A stretch of 64,000 nt of DNA from Candidatus Borrarchaeum weybense (GCA_019057385.1 JAHQJS010000006.1:900536-964535); one strand, 5' to 3'. Shown: positions 40,906 through 51,258, counted from the stretch's first letter. Notes: generated from the sequence alone by a model not told the origin. Numbers and translations: made by a program.

Positions 40906-41418
40906 ATGACCGAAAAATCGCAAAAGGTTGGTTTAATTTCGGATACTCACATCCCTGTTGTTGCAAAAGCAATTCCCGAAAACGCTATTCATATTTTTAG
41001 GAATAACAAAGTTTCGTTAATAATTCACGCTGGAGACCTAGTTTCTTTAACCGTGATAGATGAATTAAATAAAATTGCTCCCGCCGTTCTTGCAGTACAT
41101 GGAAACATGGATTCTCCAGGAGTAGCAACTCAACTACCTGAAATCAATGAAACAGAAATATTAGGTCATAAAATTGGCGTTATTCATGGAAGTGGTGGTC
41201 CTCAAGGATTCATCGAAAAAATTGAAGATATGATTAGGGGAAAAGATTACGAAATCGTTGTTTGTGGGCACTTACATAATGCATTTGTAGAAAAAAAGCG
41301 TGGGAGGCTTTTTGTGAATCCTGGTTCTCCAACTGATAAGCGTTGGGCAGAAAGAAATACTGTTGGAATTCTTGAGATAACGTCCCAAGACGTAAACCCA
41401 AAGATCATTGAAATTTAA
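40906..41418 (+). CDS. Metallophosphoesterase, YfcE/MJ0936/Vps29 family
   Basis: SDTH, HAGD, GNMD, HG, GHLH, NPGS. Confidence 0.9.
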   Translation: MTEKSQKVGLISDTHIPVVAKAIPENAIHIFRNNKVSLIIHAGDLVSLTVIDELNKIAPAVLAVHGNMDSPGVATQLPEINETEILGHKIGVIHGSGGPQGFIEKIEDMIRGKDYEIVVCGHLHNAFVEKKRGRLFVNPGSPTDKRWAERNTVGILEITSQDVNPKIIEI

Positions 41419-41461
41419 ACCTTCTTTATAGCAGCTAATTTTCGAATTTGGTGCGTTTTTC

Positions 41462-42478
41462 ATGGCAAAATGGAGATTACTTCGTCTAGATCGCGTAGAT
41501 CCGCTGTGGACTCAAACAGTGTGGCATGCTACTGCATTATATACTTCAGAAAACCTCGATTCTACTATGAACACTCTAATAATTGAATTTACAGATGGAA
41601 AACTAGTGAGTTGTGGACAAAGTCAGAATACTTATGCGGAAGTTAATATTGACTATTGTAAGGAGAATGATATCCCATTTACAAGAAGAATGACAGGAGG
41701 AGGAACTGTCATGCTCGATGAAGGACAGGTTTTTTACCATGTCATCTTGAAAGGCTATCATTTTCCCTTGAAAAATAAAATTCTTTACGATAAAGCACTT
41801 AAAGGACCGTTGCAGTATTTAAGATCACTCGGGCTTGATGCTAATCAAGATATGAATGATATTTTCATTGGGGATCGCAAGATTTCTGGGAATGGTGCGG
41901 GGTCTATAGAATCCACAGGAGTTGTTTGTGGTAATATTATCACCGATTTTGACTATACGACCTGTGTTGAAACATTAAAATTCCCAACAACAGGATTTAA
42001 ACATCGTTTTGCCGAGTTGCTGCCCTATTATATTACTAACCTAAAACGAGAACTGGGTAAAGATATTAACCGTGAAGAGGTTGCTCAAGACATTATAAAA
42101 CATTTCAAGAAGACTTTAAATGTTGAATTCAAAAAGGACGAATTAACAGACTGGGAAATAAACAAACTCAATGAATTAAACGAGCAATATTTAACTGAAG
42201 AATGGATTTTCATGCCAGAGTATTTTAAAGATCGCAAAAAAGAAAGGGAATTCATTAAGGTAACACGCGGTCTTGGAATTATCCACTTTACAGAAGGATT
42301 CGAAGCGGATGTCATTATAAGAGGCAAGCAAATATCGCAAATCGATATCTTTGATAGTGAATATGAGTTTTTAAATAATTTGGATGGACAAAATATTTTT
42401 GAGATTAAACCGTTTCAAGATACGATCTTAGAGGCTTTTAGAAAAAAATTAGTTAAATACTATTATTATACACAATAA
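41462..42478 (+). CDS. lplA: Lipoate-protein ligase A family
   Basis: RRMTGGGTV, NDI, RKISGNG. Confidence 0.85.
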   Translation: MAKWRLLRLDRVDPLWTQTVWHATALYTSENLDSTMNTLIIEFTDGKLVSCGQSQNTYAEVNIDYCKENDIPFTRRMTGGGTVMLDEGQVFYHVILKGYHFPLKNKILYDKALKGPLQYLRSLGLDANQDMNDIFIGDRKISGNGAGSIESTGVVCGNIITDFDYTTCVETLKFPTTGFKHRFAELLPYYITNLKRELGKDINREEVAQDIIKHFKKTLNVEFKKDELTDWEINKLNELNEQYLTEEWIFMPEYFKDRKKEREFIKVTRGLGIIHFTEGFEADVIIRGKQISQIDIFDSEYEFLNNLDGQNIFEIKPFQDTILEAFRKKLVKYYYYTQ

Positions 42479-42490
42479 TCTTGAATTAGT

Positions 42491-43216
42491 CTAATGGAAG
42501 ATAGCGTAGATGCGTTCCGCTTTCTTTTTTCCAATCCCTGGTACTTGTTGTAGTTGATTAATGGAAGCTGTGGCTATTCCTCGTATCGTGCGGAAGTGAT
42601 CAAGAAGTATCTTTGCCAATGAATCACCAATAAGTGGGATTGAGGCGAGAACATAGGATTTCTGATCTTTTTCGGGTAACATTGAACGTTTTGGTTTCCT
42701 ATACCATCGACCTTTAGGCAAGTTATCATTTTTTCCTTGTTCTTCCCTTTTAGCGGTGATTCTTAAAAAGGATTTAAATGCATCTGCATCGTCTTCGATG
42801 AACACGATTGGCGTATTATAAACAAAAAGAATTTCCTGTTGTGCTCCAACAATTTGTCCCCAAAAGGATGAGAGATCACCATTTGGATTTATCTCTTGTA
42901 AACTAGACAGATATTCACCATAAGTACCATGAAATAAAAGCATATGTCTTTTTATAGGAAATCCGAGTATCTGATCTGTTTTCATAAAATTTAATAACTG
43001 TTGCCAGAGCCTATTTGACCTTATTGAGCTGATAAAATCATTAACTCTTTTTCGCTCAATTATAATAACTTGATCGTTTTGATCAATTATTATAAAATCA
43101 CCTAATGGTAGTTGTTGAACTCTAAATGCTAAACCTGCTTCTTGTGCAACTTCGCGTGCCGAATTAATAATCGCATTAGATTCTCTATTATCAACAATTA
43201 ACTTCATCTGAATCAC
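42491..43216 (-). CDS. Short XPF/ERCC4 nuclease with HhH domain
   Basis: VDNRE, GDF, IERKRVNDF..SI, tandem HhH (IPLIG, VPGIG). Confidence 0.88.
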   Translation of the reverse strand: MIQMKLIVDNRESNAIINSAREVAQEAGLAFRVQQLPLGDFIIIDQNDQVIIIERKRVNDFISSIRSNRLWQQLLNFMKTDQILGFPIKRHMLLFHGTYGEYLSSLQEINPNGDLSSFWGQIVGAQQEILFVYNTPIVFIEDDADAFKSFLRITAKREEQGKNDNLPKGRWYRKPKRSMLPEKDQKSYVLASIPLIGDSLAKILLDHFRTIRGIATASINQLQQVPGIGKKKAERIYAIFH

Positions 43217-43417
43217 TCTGGATGCTATTGAAATTTTGAGAGTTTAAATATCTAAAGATTGATCTAAATAAACCCAACTCAACGAATTAAAAAAGACCAG
43301 TAAAAGAATTCGTGACCAAATCAATTAATTATTTTAGAAAAATTGCCAACGTCGAATAGCGTTAGTAACAATGCGTTTAGAGGAAGTTTAGAAAAAAGAG
43401 GATTTACAAAGGAAGTT

Positions 43418-43600
43418 TTACATTGACTCTTTAATTGTCCTTTGTATTGGAGCAACTTGTATAATCTGTTCCTCAACAATCTTAGTTTCATTCAATAATG
43501 GACAGGCTTCTTTGAGAATCTGCCATAAATCATGCTTTTTAAGAGCACATTTGTTTTCGTGATACCAGAAATCACATACATACTTACCAAGTAGACACAT
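43418..43600 (-). CDS. Small Cys-containing hypothetical protein
   Basis: 60-aa ATG ORF in otherwise intergenic DNA, four Cys. Confidence 0.4.
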   Translation of the reverse strand: MCLLGKYVCDFWYHENKCALKKHDLWQILKEACPLLNETKIVEEQIIQVAPIQRTIKESM

Positions 43601-43964
43601 TTTAAGATACGTCCTTGAAAGTTATTAGTTTCATTAATTTCGCGTTGTGTCCTTTATTCATTATACTACGACTAAGAAGTATGTCTTACAGTGTATTTAT
43701 GCGTTTGACAGGTCAATGAAAGTAAATTTCTTGATGACTCTACATTATTGGTTTCAAAAAATGCAAGGAACAACTACTATGAATCTCATCATTTTAACTT
43801 AAATCTCATCACAGGACTTTTCCCCTGAGTCTTAGAATGACTCCAATGAAATCTATGGTAAGAAAATATCGAATTTTCATTTCCCTAATTACCGATCTAT
43901 GTTTCTTTTAAAGTGTAGAAAAGATGGTGAAAAAACCTTAGAAAACTCTTTATTCTCCTAAAAA

Positions 43965-44001
43965 AATCCAAAAATTTCATATTGATTGATGTCACTCAAT
44001 A
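43965..44001 (+). repeat. 37-bp upstream element duplicated at 46847-46883
   Basis: AATCCAAAAATTTCATATtGATTGATGTCaCTCAATA; two mismatches between copies. Confidence 0.8.
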
Positions 44002-44768
44002 AAATGGAGAATATTACTATGAGTAGAGTAGTTCGCTTCTGCCGGAAGTGTGGTAATTCTATAGTCCCAGGTGCACGATTTTGTAATCGTTGTGGAACTC
44101 CCGTAGACCCTCAAAGCACCCTTGCAACGCATAAGAATGCAATTTCAGAAAGCGTATCTCAAATAGAAGAATCTGTAGAGGAAAAAGAAATACCCCCCGA
44201 AGAATTCAAACAAATCGTTACAACGTACAACGTTTGGAAAATAGAAGAAAAACTAAGACCACTTAATATGAAATTAGAAGAGTTAAGCGCAAAGAAAGAA
44301 GTTGGGGAGTTATCAGATGAGGAATATAACTCTGAATCTGCAGGATTAAAAGAAGAGAAAGAATTATTGGAAAAAGAACTTTCGGAGAAAATGGATGTTA
44401 AACCATTGAATATATACTTCCTAATATTCCAAGAACAAGAAGCGGTAGAACGTCTCAGTAAATTAGAAAGTATTTTTCAGGATAATAAAACATCACAAAC
44501 AACTTATTCAAAACTCAAAAGAGAGTATTCTGAAAAATTACAGGCAGTAAGAAATGAACTTGACTCTGAACGTTATAAATTGAGTAGATGGAAAAAAATC
44601 CTGGATAAAGGATTATCTAATATTAAAATGACACTTGAAGAATCATTGGTTAGATATGAACTTGGAGAGGTTTCAGAAGATGAATATCTACCAAAAAAAA
44701 CTGATTTAGAAGAAAAAAGAAAGGATATGGAGAATTCTCTAACTCTAATTAATTTTCTGTTGAGCTGA
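43986..44768 (+). CDS. Zn-ribbon + coiled-coil protein (CdvA-like helical region), paralog 1
   Basis: FCRKCG...FCNRCG; repeated GELSDEEY/GEVSEDEY helical units. Confidence 0.75.
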   Translation: MMSLNKMENITMSRVVRFCRKCGNSIVPGARFCNRCGTPVDPQSTLATHKNAISESVSQIEESVEEKEIPPEEFKQIVTTYNVWKIEEKLRPLNMKLEELSAKKEVGELSDEEYNSESAGLKEEKELLEKELSEKMDVKPLNIYFLIFQEQEAVERLSKLESIFQDNKTSQTTYSKLKREYSEKLQAVRNELDSERYKLSRWKKILDKGLSNIKMTLEESLVRYELGEVSEDEYLPKKTDLEEKRKDMENSLTLINFLLS

Positions 44769-44801
44769 AATTGAAAATTAAAAGTTAAAAGAGGAAGTTA
44801 A

Positions 44802-44870
44802 ATGTCAAAAGTTAAATTCTGTATTAATTGTGGGAATAAAATAAATCCCGGTGAAAAGTTTTCTCATTAA
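44802..44870 (+). pseudogene. Truncated 5' copy of a Zn-ribbon gene
   Basis: MSKVKFCINCGNKINPGEKFSH* versus MSDKVRFCIKCGNKINPGERFC at 46939; GAGG RBS upstream. Confidence 0.75.
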
Positions 44871-45131
44871 AATTCAATTTTTTCCTTCTCATCTTTTCTT
44901 GACAGTATTTCACGACTTTTATGTATTCTCTTCTCTTGAAAATGGGTAGACTTCGACTAAATTGCTCTCATTCTTGTTTTATTATATATAAGACATAAGT
45001 TAGTGAGTATTTCTAACCTTTTGAAACCATGATTTTCACTTTTACTGCGCCCCCTGTGGATTTTAAAGCAAAACGTCTGTATATAATACATTTAGGGTCG
45101 TGACTTAACTGAATTAGAGGAACTACGAGGC

Positions 45132-46631
45132 ATGCGTATCCATAAGAACACCGCAACCATCATAACTATGCAAAATTTGGAAAATGACGAAAAATCACTC
45201 TCAACAACGTTTAAATCACTTATGCGCGAAACTACAGTTTACAAATACTATGTAGAATTGAAAGAGGGTGTTCTCACCGAAGAAGGATACCTTGACTTAG
45301 TAAAGGTGCCCGATTTGCGTGTAGCTGGGGTAGGGCAGTTCCTTAAGAATTTAAGGTTAAAAAATTGCCTCAGACAGAAGGACATAGCTGAAATTTTCAA
45401 CGGCAATAGTGATTGTGTAAAAGGATGGGAAAATAATCAGAACAGAATGCCCTTAAAAACATTAGTTAAAATCGTTGAAACTTTAGGCGTATCTAGAAAT
45501 GCAATTTATTTGCTGATTGATCAAAGAAAATTAAACACTAAGAATAACTTACCAGTCAAATTTGAGAGAATTCGTAATATAGTGCAATATTTCAATCCGC
45601 TTAAAGACGATGGCAAAGGCCGAATAACTTTACTTAGATGTTGTCCTAAAGAAGCACTTTCTAATATTAAAAAGATTTTAAATGTAAACACAAGGTCTCG
45701 TGGCCGCGATTGGAAAATAATCACATGCAGAGAATTATACAAATTTCTTAAAACCTTCTTTCGCTACATCAAAGTTTCTAAAATACACCCTCCACTCACT
45801 GATGAAATTAAAGGTTGGTATAACGATGGCGTCGATTTGAAACGCGCGGTAATTATTCCCTGTCTTCAGAGAGATGGCTATAGTGGGCAATGGAATCAGT
45901 ACTATAGACTCAGTTTCCATGGCAACAGCAAAGTTTTACATGATTATTTTGTTGATGCAATATATTACGAGTACAAAGAATTGCCTTCAACCTACTTTGG
46001 ACGTTGCTATTTCACCGAGTATTGTAGTGATACAATAAACATAGAAGATGTAACAAACCTTGCTGGGAATACAAAGACATCACCCGCACATAGACAAACC
46101 GTTAAAGATTATTTAAAGGAAACACAGCCTCATTTGGATTATCTATTCACTGCTCCTAAGGCAGAACAGAAGATTGCTATACGAATCTGGGCATCAACTG
46201 AGGGATGTATCACCGTATATAAAAAGAATGAGCGTGCTAATCCTCGTTTGGTGATCGCTTGTTCCCATCCCGACTTGGCTAAACAACTGCAGAAAATTCT
46301 ACGACGTTTCAACATGAATTTTAACATAAGACATTCAAAAAGACATTGGTCTGGAATCGATGGCCTTTCCACTTCATCCCTTAGCACATGCATAAACTTT
46401 CTAAAATTTGGAGGCTTTGTCAAAGGTGTCAAAATAGGAGCGACCAGCAAATATCACGAAGGTATTGACAAAGACGTTCTTTTACTTGGAATTTTAGAAT
46501 TTAAAAAACGCGAATTAGAAAATATTCACCTTAAAAAACTGCCAATTCAACAAATACATCATGAAATAAACAGAATCGTCAATAACATAGAATATAGATC
46601 AGCAGGCTATTATATCAATTACTTCTCTTAG
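45132..46631 (+). CDS. XRE-HTH + LAGLIDADG-like endonuclease-fold protein
   Basis: LKNLRLKNCLRQKDIAE...WENNQNRMP (XRE HTH); AVIIPCLQRDGYS and AIRIWASTEGCI helices; very basic. Confidence 0.65.
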   Translation: MRIHKNTATIITMQNLENDEKSLSTTFKSLMRETTVYKYYVELKEGVLTEEGYLDLVKVPDLRVAGVGQFLKNLRLKNCLRQKDIAEIFNGNSDCVKGWENNQNRMPLKTLVKIVETLGVSRNAIYLLIDQRKLNTKNNLPVKFERIRNIVQYFNPLKDDGKGRITLLRCCPKEALSNIKKILNVNTRSRGRDWKIITCRELYKFLKTFFRYIKVSKIHPPLTDEIKGWYNDGVDLKRAVIIPCLQRDGYSGQWNQYYRLSFHGNSKVLHDYFVDAIYYEYKELPSTYFGRCYFTEYCSDTINIEDVTNLAGNTKTSPAHRQTVKDYLKETQPHLDYLFTAPKAEQKIAIRIWASTEGCITVYKKNERANPRLVIACSHPDLAKQLQKILRRFNMNFNIRHSKRHWSGIDGLSTSSLSTCINFLKFGGFVKGVKIGATSKYHEGIDKDVLLLGILEFKKRELENIHLKKLPIQQIHHEINRIVNNIEYRSAGYYINYFS

Positions 46632-46846
46632 AACAAATAAGGACATAAAAGAGGAGTTCAATTTCTCTCTTTTTAATCACAGAAAACTTGAATTTTAACC
46701 GATAAGAAGTGTCAAAGAGAATTTTATTTAATAGAAAACTCTATAAATGCGCTCTGTATTTCTTCTCGATTTCAGGGGCTTGTTAAGTTTTTTGATAGAG
46801 ATAGCAAAGACTTAGGATAAAACTGCTCGATCCAAATTAAAAAATC

Positions 46847-46883
46847 AATCCAAAAATTTCATATGGATTGATGTCCCTCAATA
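46847..46883 (+). repeat. Second copy of the 37-bp upstream element
   Basis: AATCCAAAAATTTCATATgGATTGATGTCcCTCAATA. Confidence 0.8.
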
Positions 46884-46938
46884 TTATGAAATTCAAAGAA
46901 ATAGATAATTATACTATCAAGACTTCGGATGGTCATAA

Positions 46939-47715
46939 ATGAGCGACAAAGTTAGATTCTGTATAAAATGTGGGAATAAAATAAATCCTGGCGAAAGATT
47001 CTGCCGAAAATGTGGAACTCCTATCACTCAACTAGATATTTCTAGACCAACAATACATACCGCAACACCGCCAACACCCCTTAAAAAAGAACCAATTTTT
47101 TCGGATCGAGAAATAAAAGAGATAGAAATTCCAAAAGAATTATATGAACAATTCAGCTACCGTGGAGAGCTTAAATCAACCAAAGAAAAGATGGAAAAAC
47201 TTTCGGTTGAAGTGGAAAGAATAATGGATAAAATAAAAAGCGGCGAAGTGGATATGGCTGAATATACTGATGAAATAAAGGACCTAAAAGGACAGTTTGC
47301 AACTTTAAAGGAAAAGAAAAATGGATTAGAAGGCAAAATAAAGTCCTTACCTCACGAAGCATTAGCTGAAGACGAGGAATTATGGAGAGAGCGGCTTCAA
47401 AAGTTAGACTCAGTTAGAAAAGAAAAAAATCTAAGTAAAGAAGTTTATCAAAAAATGAAGGCAGAGTATCAAGAAAAGTATGCAAATGCAAGTAAAAAAA
47501 GAAGAGATGAAATAGCAAAAATGCAGTTATGGAAGAGAAAGTTAGAAGAAGAAAGACAAAACATGAAAGAAAAGTTAGAGATTTTGGAAACGAGATACGC
47601 GACAGGCGAATTAAGTGAAGCCAATTATACCAAGGAATTGAAAAAGATAAAAGAAGGATATGACAAAAAGAAGCTCGCCCTGTCAGAGTTATCTGAGGTT
47701 TTAATTAAAATTTAA
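46939..47715 (+). CDS. Zn-ribbon + coiled-coil protein, paralog 2
   Basis: FCIKCG...FCRKCG; RYATGELSEANY; colinear with paralog 1. Confidence 0.75.
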   Translation: MSDKVRFCIKCGNKINPGERFCRKCGTPITQLDISRPTIHTATPPTPLKKEPIFSDREIKEIEIPKELYEQFSYRGELKSTKEKMEKLSVEVERIMDKIKSGEVDMAEYTDEIKDLKGQFATLKEKKNGLEGKIKSLPHEALAEDEELWRERLQKLDSVRKEKNLSKEVYQKMKAEYQEKYANASKKRRDEIAKMQLWKRKLEEERQNMKEKLEILETRYATGELSEANYTKELKKIKEGYDKKKLALSELSEVLIKI

Positions 47716-47852
47716 TCAATTCTGACTCGCATTACTTGAATTCTGTTTAATCTCTATAGACAAAAACTTTTAAGTAATATCATCGTGTTATCCACGCAAC
47801 GAGGCACTCACGTTGAAACAGGGTATTCAAGCTTAAATAGCACCCTTATTTT

Positions 47853-48818
47853 TTGAAAAAGCCTCAGGAGGTCAAAATGACTTCTGATGATCTATATGAC
47901 GTTATAATTATAGGCGCGGGTCCATCTGGTTTAACTGCGGGGATTTATGCTGCAAGAGCTAATCTAAAAACATTAATATTAGGTACACATTATGATTCTC
48001 AGTTGGCTAAAGCAGGAATCGTCGAAAATTATCCTGGATTTCCAGATGGCATCCAAGGTCTTGAAATATCAGAGTTGATGTACACACAAGCAAAACGTTG
48101 GGGAGCTCAAGTTTTAACTAGCAATGCTAAAAAGTTGGAAAAAAACGAAAATGGGTTATTCAAAGTGATAATTGCAAACGATAAAACATTTTTTGCGTAC
48201 TCACTTATTTTGGCCACAGGAGCCTACTACAGAAAATTGAATATATCTGGTGAAGAAAAACTCTATCTGAAGGGCGTATCATATTGTACAATATGTGACG
48301 GTGCCTTGTTTGGCGGCAGAGATACAGTTGTTGCGGGATATGGTAATGGTGCAGCAAAGGGTGCCTTATATCTAAGTGGCTTGGGTAGCAAAGTGACGAT
48401 ACTGTGTATTAAGGAAGATCTAAAATGTGAACAAACTTATATGGACCGACTTAAGGATCTAAAGGAAATTGATATTCTTTATAGTGTAGCTATAAAAGAG
48501 ATTGTTGGAGAAGATCGCGTAACTAGTGTTGTTTTTGTAGATAATGAAGGTAAAACAAATACACTAAAAACCTCAGCGGTCTTTATAGAAGGCGGCACCG
48601 CCCCAAACGCTGCGCTTGCAAAAGACCTGGGTATTGAATTGAACAAAAACAATTTTATCAAAGCCCATCGCGTCACTCATGCTACAAATATCGATGGTGT
48701 ATTTGCAGCTGGAGATGTAACGGGCGGAATTAATCAAATTGCTACAGCTATTGGAGAAGGATCTTCTGCTGCAATCAGCGCGATTAACTGGGTACGCGCA
48801 CATAAGTATAAGCCCTAA
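47853..48818 (+). CDS. trxB: Thioredoxin reductase-like flavoprotein (likely start ATG 47877)
   Basis: GAGPSG, VENYPGF, ATGA, GVSYCTICDG, GVFAAGD. Confidence 0.88.
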   Translation: MKKPQEVKMTSDDLYDVIIIGAGPSGLTAGIYAARANLKTLILGTHYDSQLAKAGIVENYPGFPDGIQGLEISELMYTQAKRWGAQVLTSNAKKLEKNENGLFKVIIANDKTFFAYSLILATGAYYRKLNISGEEKLYLKGVSYCTICDGALFGGRDTVVAGYGNGAAKGALYLSGLGSKVTILCIKEDLKCEQTYMDRLKDLKEIDILYSVAIKEIVGEDRVTSVVFVDNEGKTNTLKTSAVFIEGGTAPNAALAKDLGIELNKNNFIKAHRVTHATNIDGVFAAGDVTGGINQIATAIGEGSSAAISAINWVRAHKYKP

Positions 48819-48884
48819 TAGTCAAAAATTGTTAACTTCTTATTTCTTACCGTAGATCCGAAACTTGAGAAGAAGAAACAAATG

Positions 48885-49658
48885 TTAAGCTTGCATAGCA
48901 TATCGGATCCAAGGTAATAATTCAATTAGAGAGTGTATAGCTAAAGATACGGCATTTTGATCTGCTAATTTCTCAATGAGAAATGGAACGAGTTCTCTGA
49001 TAAGAGCTAAATTCTTGTCGGATAACGATTTGACTAATTCCATAGTCTGGTTTCGTGTAGAGTTATTCGAATCTAAAAGTAAATTCACAAATTTAGGAGC
49101 AAGTTTTGGAAGTACTTGTTTCTGGAACTCAAACTTAGGGCATAGTAATACATTTGCAAATTCTTGTAAATCATCAAAAACGAGAGGTACATCTGTCGAA
49201 AGAATTCTGGCAATAGATTCGGAAGCTTTTTCTCGAATATCTGGGTCATCACTATCTGTGAGAGTTATGATAACTGGAACTATCTCGCGAACAACTTGAG
49301 GCTCTTTCGCGCCAATTCTTCCAATCAGTTCTAGGGTATCTTCCCGGATATAGCGATCCTCTACCTTTAAAAATTCTCTTAGAAAAGGAATGGTATCTGC
49401 GACTAACTCAGGGAATTGCTGACTGACTTTTCCTAAGGCTTCAATGGCAGTCATTTGAACTAAAGAAGATTCATCTTCCAATTTTCTTTTGAAATGGGAC
49501 GTTAACAGATCCAATAATTCTTGATCATCAAGAATGACATCAGAAAGAGCATCAGAGAGCGTCTCTAAAGCATTAGCACGGGTATATTTGTCAGGATCAT
49601 CTAAATCCTTCAACCAATCTTCAATGTTTCTCCCTGAGATTCTAGCCAAGCATGCCAC
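48885..49658 (-). CDS. HEAT/ARM repeat protein
   Basis: Repeated LxDxDxxxRxxAxExL helices. Confidence 0.75.
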   Translation of the reverse strand: MACLARISGRNIEDWLKDLDDPDKYTRANALETLSDALSDVILDDQELLDLLTSHFKRKLEDESSLVQMTAIEALGKVSQQFPELVADTIPFLREFLKVEDRYIREDTLELIGRIGAKEPQVVREIVPVIITLTDSDDPDIREKASESIARILSTDVPLVFDDLQEFANVLLCPKFEFQKQVLPKLAPKFVNLLLDSNNSTRNQTMELVKSLSDKNLALIRELVPFLIEKLADQNAVSLAIHSLIELLPWIRYAMQA

Positions 49659-49740
49659 AGCTTTATATTTTTAAGGCGGTTCAAAAACCAATTAAAAAAA
49701 GAATGTTGAATGGAAAAGATTTCTCTTCTTCAGAGAACGG

Positions 49741-50865
49741 CTACGATTTTTTTGAACTCTCCATTTTTTTATCTGCTAATCGGCGCAAAGTTGTGCCGCC
49801 TTTTTCTGTAATTGGTTCTTTTGTGATCATTTTTTCTCTGACGGCACCGTCAAAAATTTCTTTGCCTTTTTCTGTTCTAGTGAAGACCGTAGACCATCCA
49901 GCAGGTGTGCCTATGCTTCCAACACTTATATCGGCATACCACGCAGTGAGATCTTCACATGAATGACAACCACTTCTTACAGCTTCTGAAGTTTCCTCTA
50001 GGGGAATGGTTTTCGCTTCCCCTCCGTCTTTTGGAAAGATACGCAACGCACCCTTTTTGATATCCATTTTACGTATTTGATTTACAGTCAGCCCTGTCTT
50101 TTCTTGGACAAGTTTATGTAATTTCGTTGCATCAAAGTTTTCCATGCAGAACAGGCCAATGGTCAACGTGATGAGGTTAGCTGGGCGGATATCCACACCG
50201 TCTAGAGCAGATTGAAGTTTTCTCACACCTAATGTTTGACAGGGAGTTCCAACAAACGCTAGACGAAGCCAGTCTTCGCCAACAGGATGTTGGGCTAATA
50301 ATTCCTCTACGACATCCCTATATTGTGCAAGAGAAGAGATATTTGGACTAAGTGAGTAACGGGTACCGGCAGATTTCAACAATTCCTCATAGGACGTTAT
50401 GATTTTCGGCTGAGGAATCCAAGGATTTTCTTCGCTTGGTACGGATACGATGGCTCCATCAATGAGACCATGTTGAAGTGCATATGCTATAATCGTAGAA
50501 ACAATGCCACCGTCTTGTGCAATCTCCGCAATCTCTGGTACTTCTGTCTTAGCTTTATAAAGGTGGACATAATTACCAAGGACATCTTCAGAGCCAAATA
50601 ATTCTTGCATGCGTGGTGTAAGGGAATCCGTAACAGGGCAGCCGAAATAACAGAGTTTACACTCAATACATTTACCTATTGGCGGTTCTCCCTCAGGAAC
50701 CTCCCCAGGGCGTTCTTGAAGAGTTGGAACATCATCAACAAACTTAATAACCTGTGTTGGACACACAGAAACACAACTGCCACAACCAGTACACATTCCT
50801 TTGTCAATCACGTCAGCCTTTAAATCTTCAAAGGTGCCGACTTTTAGTTCAGTTTGTACAGCCAT
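49741..50865 (-). CDS. FrhB/FpoF-family F420-interacting subunit with N-terminal ferredoxin
   Basis: CTGCGSCVSVCP, CIECKLCYFGCP, QDGGIVS, GTPCQ, GLFCMENF, CHSC, ADISVGS. Confidence 0.9.
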   Translation of the reverse strand: MAVQTELKVGTFEDLKADVIDKGMCTGCGSCVSVCPTQVIKFVDDVPTLQERPGEVPEGEPPIGKCIECKLCYFGCPVTDSLTPRMQELFGSEDVLGNYVHLYKAKTEVPEIAEIAQDGGIVSTIIAYALQHGLIDGAIVSVPSEENPWIPQPKIITSYEELLKSAGTRYSLSPNISSLAQYRDVVEELLAQHPVGEDWLRLAFVGTPCQTLGVRKLQSALDGVDIRPANLITLTIGLFCMENFDATKLHKLVQEKTGLTVNQIRKMDIKKGALRIFPKDGGEAKTIPLEETSEAVRSGCHSCEDLTAWYADISVGSIGTPAGWSTVFTRTEKGKEIFDGAVREKMITKEPITEKGGTTLRRLADKKMESSKKS

Positions 50866-50892
50866 TTTAGGTCACTCCTTCTAAAATCATTT

Positions 50893-51258
50893 CTATAATA
50901 GGGCGTATAAATAATCATCGCCTGATTCCCCAACAATGTTGACTATATTTAACTTTTTCAGGGCGACCAAGTGTTGGAGAATCAATTTTGGTTCTAAATT
51001 TGTTACTTTGGAAATTTCTTCGATTGAAGAAGTTCCTTTTTCGCGAAGTACCTGAGAGATTAGTTCTCGCTCAATTTCATCTTTGAGTATTTTGTCTAAA
51101 AGTTCTTCAAATTCTTCTTCTGTAATTTTGTTCTCCTTTAAGAGATGCTCACCTTTGCCTATAAGCCATCGAGTTCTTTCGTTTTTAAATATTGCTGCGC
51201 TAGCCTCAAGAACAGCTTTTTTGTCAACATTCTCTTCAGATTTTAATTTCGCCTTCAT
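50893..51258 (-). CDS. Small winged-helix protein overlapping mvhD
   Basis: RTRWLIGK, SIEEISKVTNLEPKLILQHLVAL. Confidence 0.65.
   Translation of the reverse strand: MKAKLKSEENVDKKAVLEASAAIFKNERTRWLIGKGEHLLKENKITEEEFEELLDKILKDEIERELISQVLREKGTSSIEEISKVTNLEPKLILQHLVALKKLNIVNIVGESGDDYLYALL

Noticed and set aside
45048-46785. Possible terminal inverted repeats (CCCCTG/CAGGGG) around the LAGLIDADG-like gene
   Set aside because: Only 6-7 bp match and no target-site duplication
47786-47846. TTATCCAC DnaA-box-like word and two small hairpins upstream of trxB
   Set aside because: Single occurrence in an archaeal context with short stems; not enough for an origin or ncRNA call
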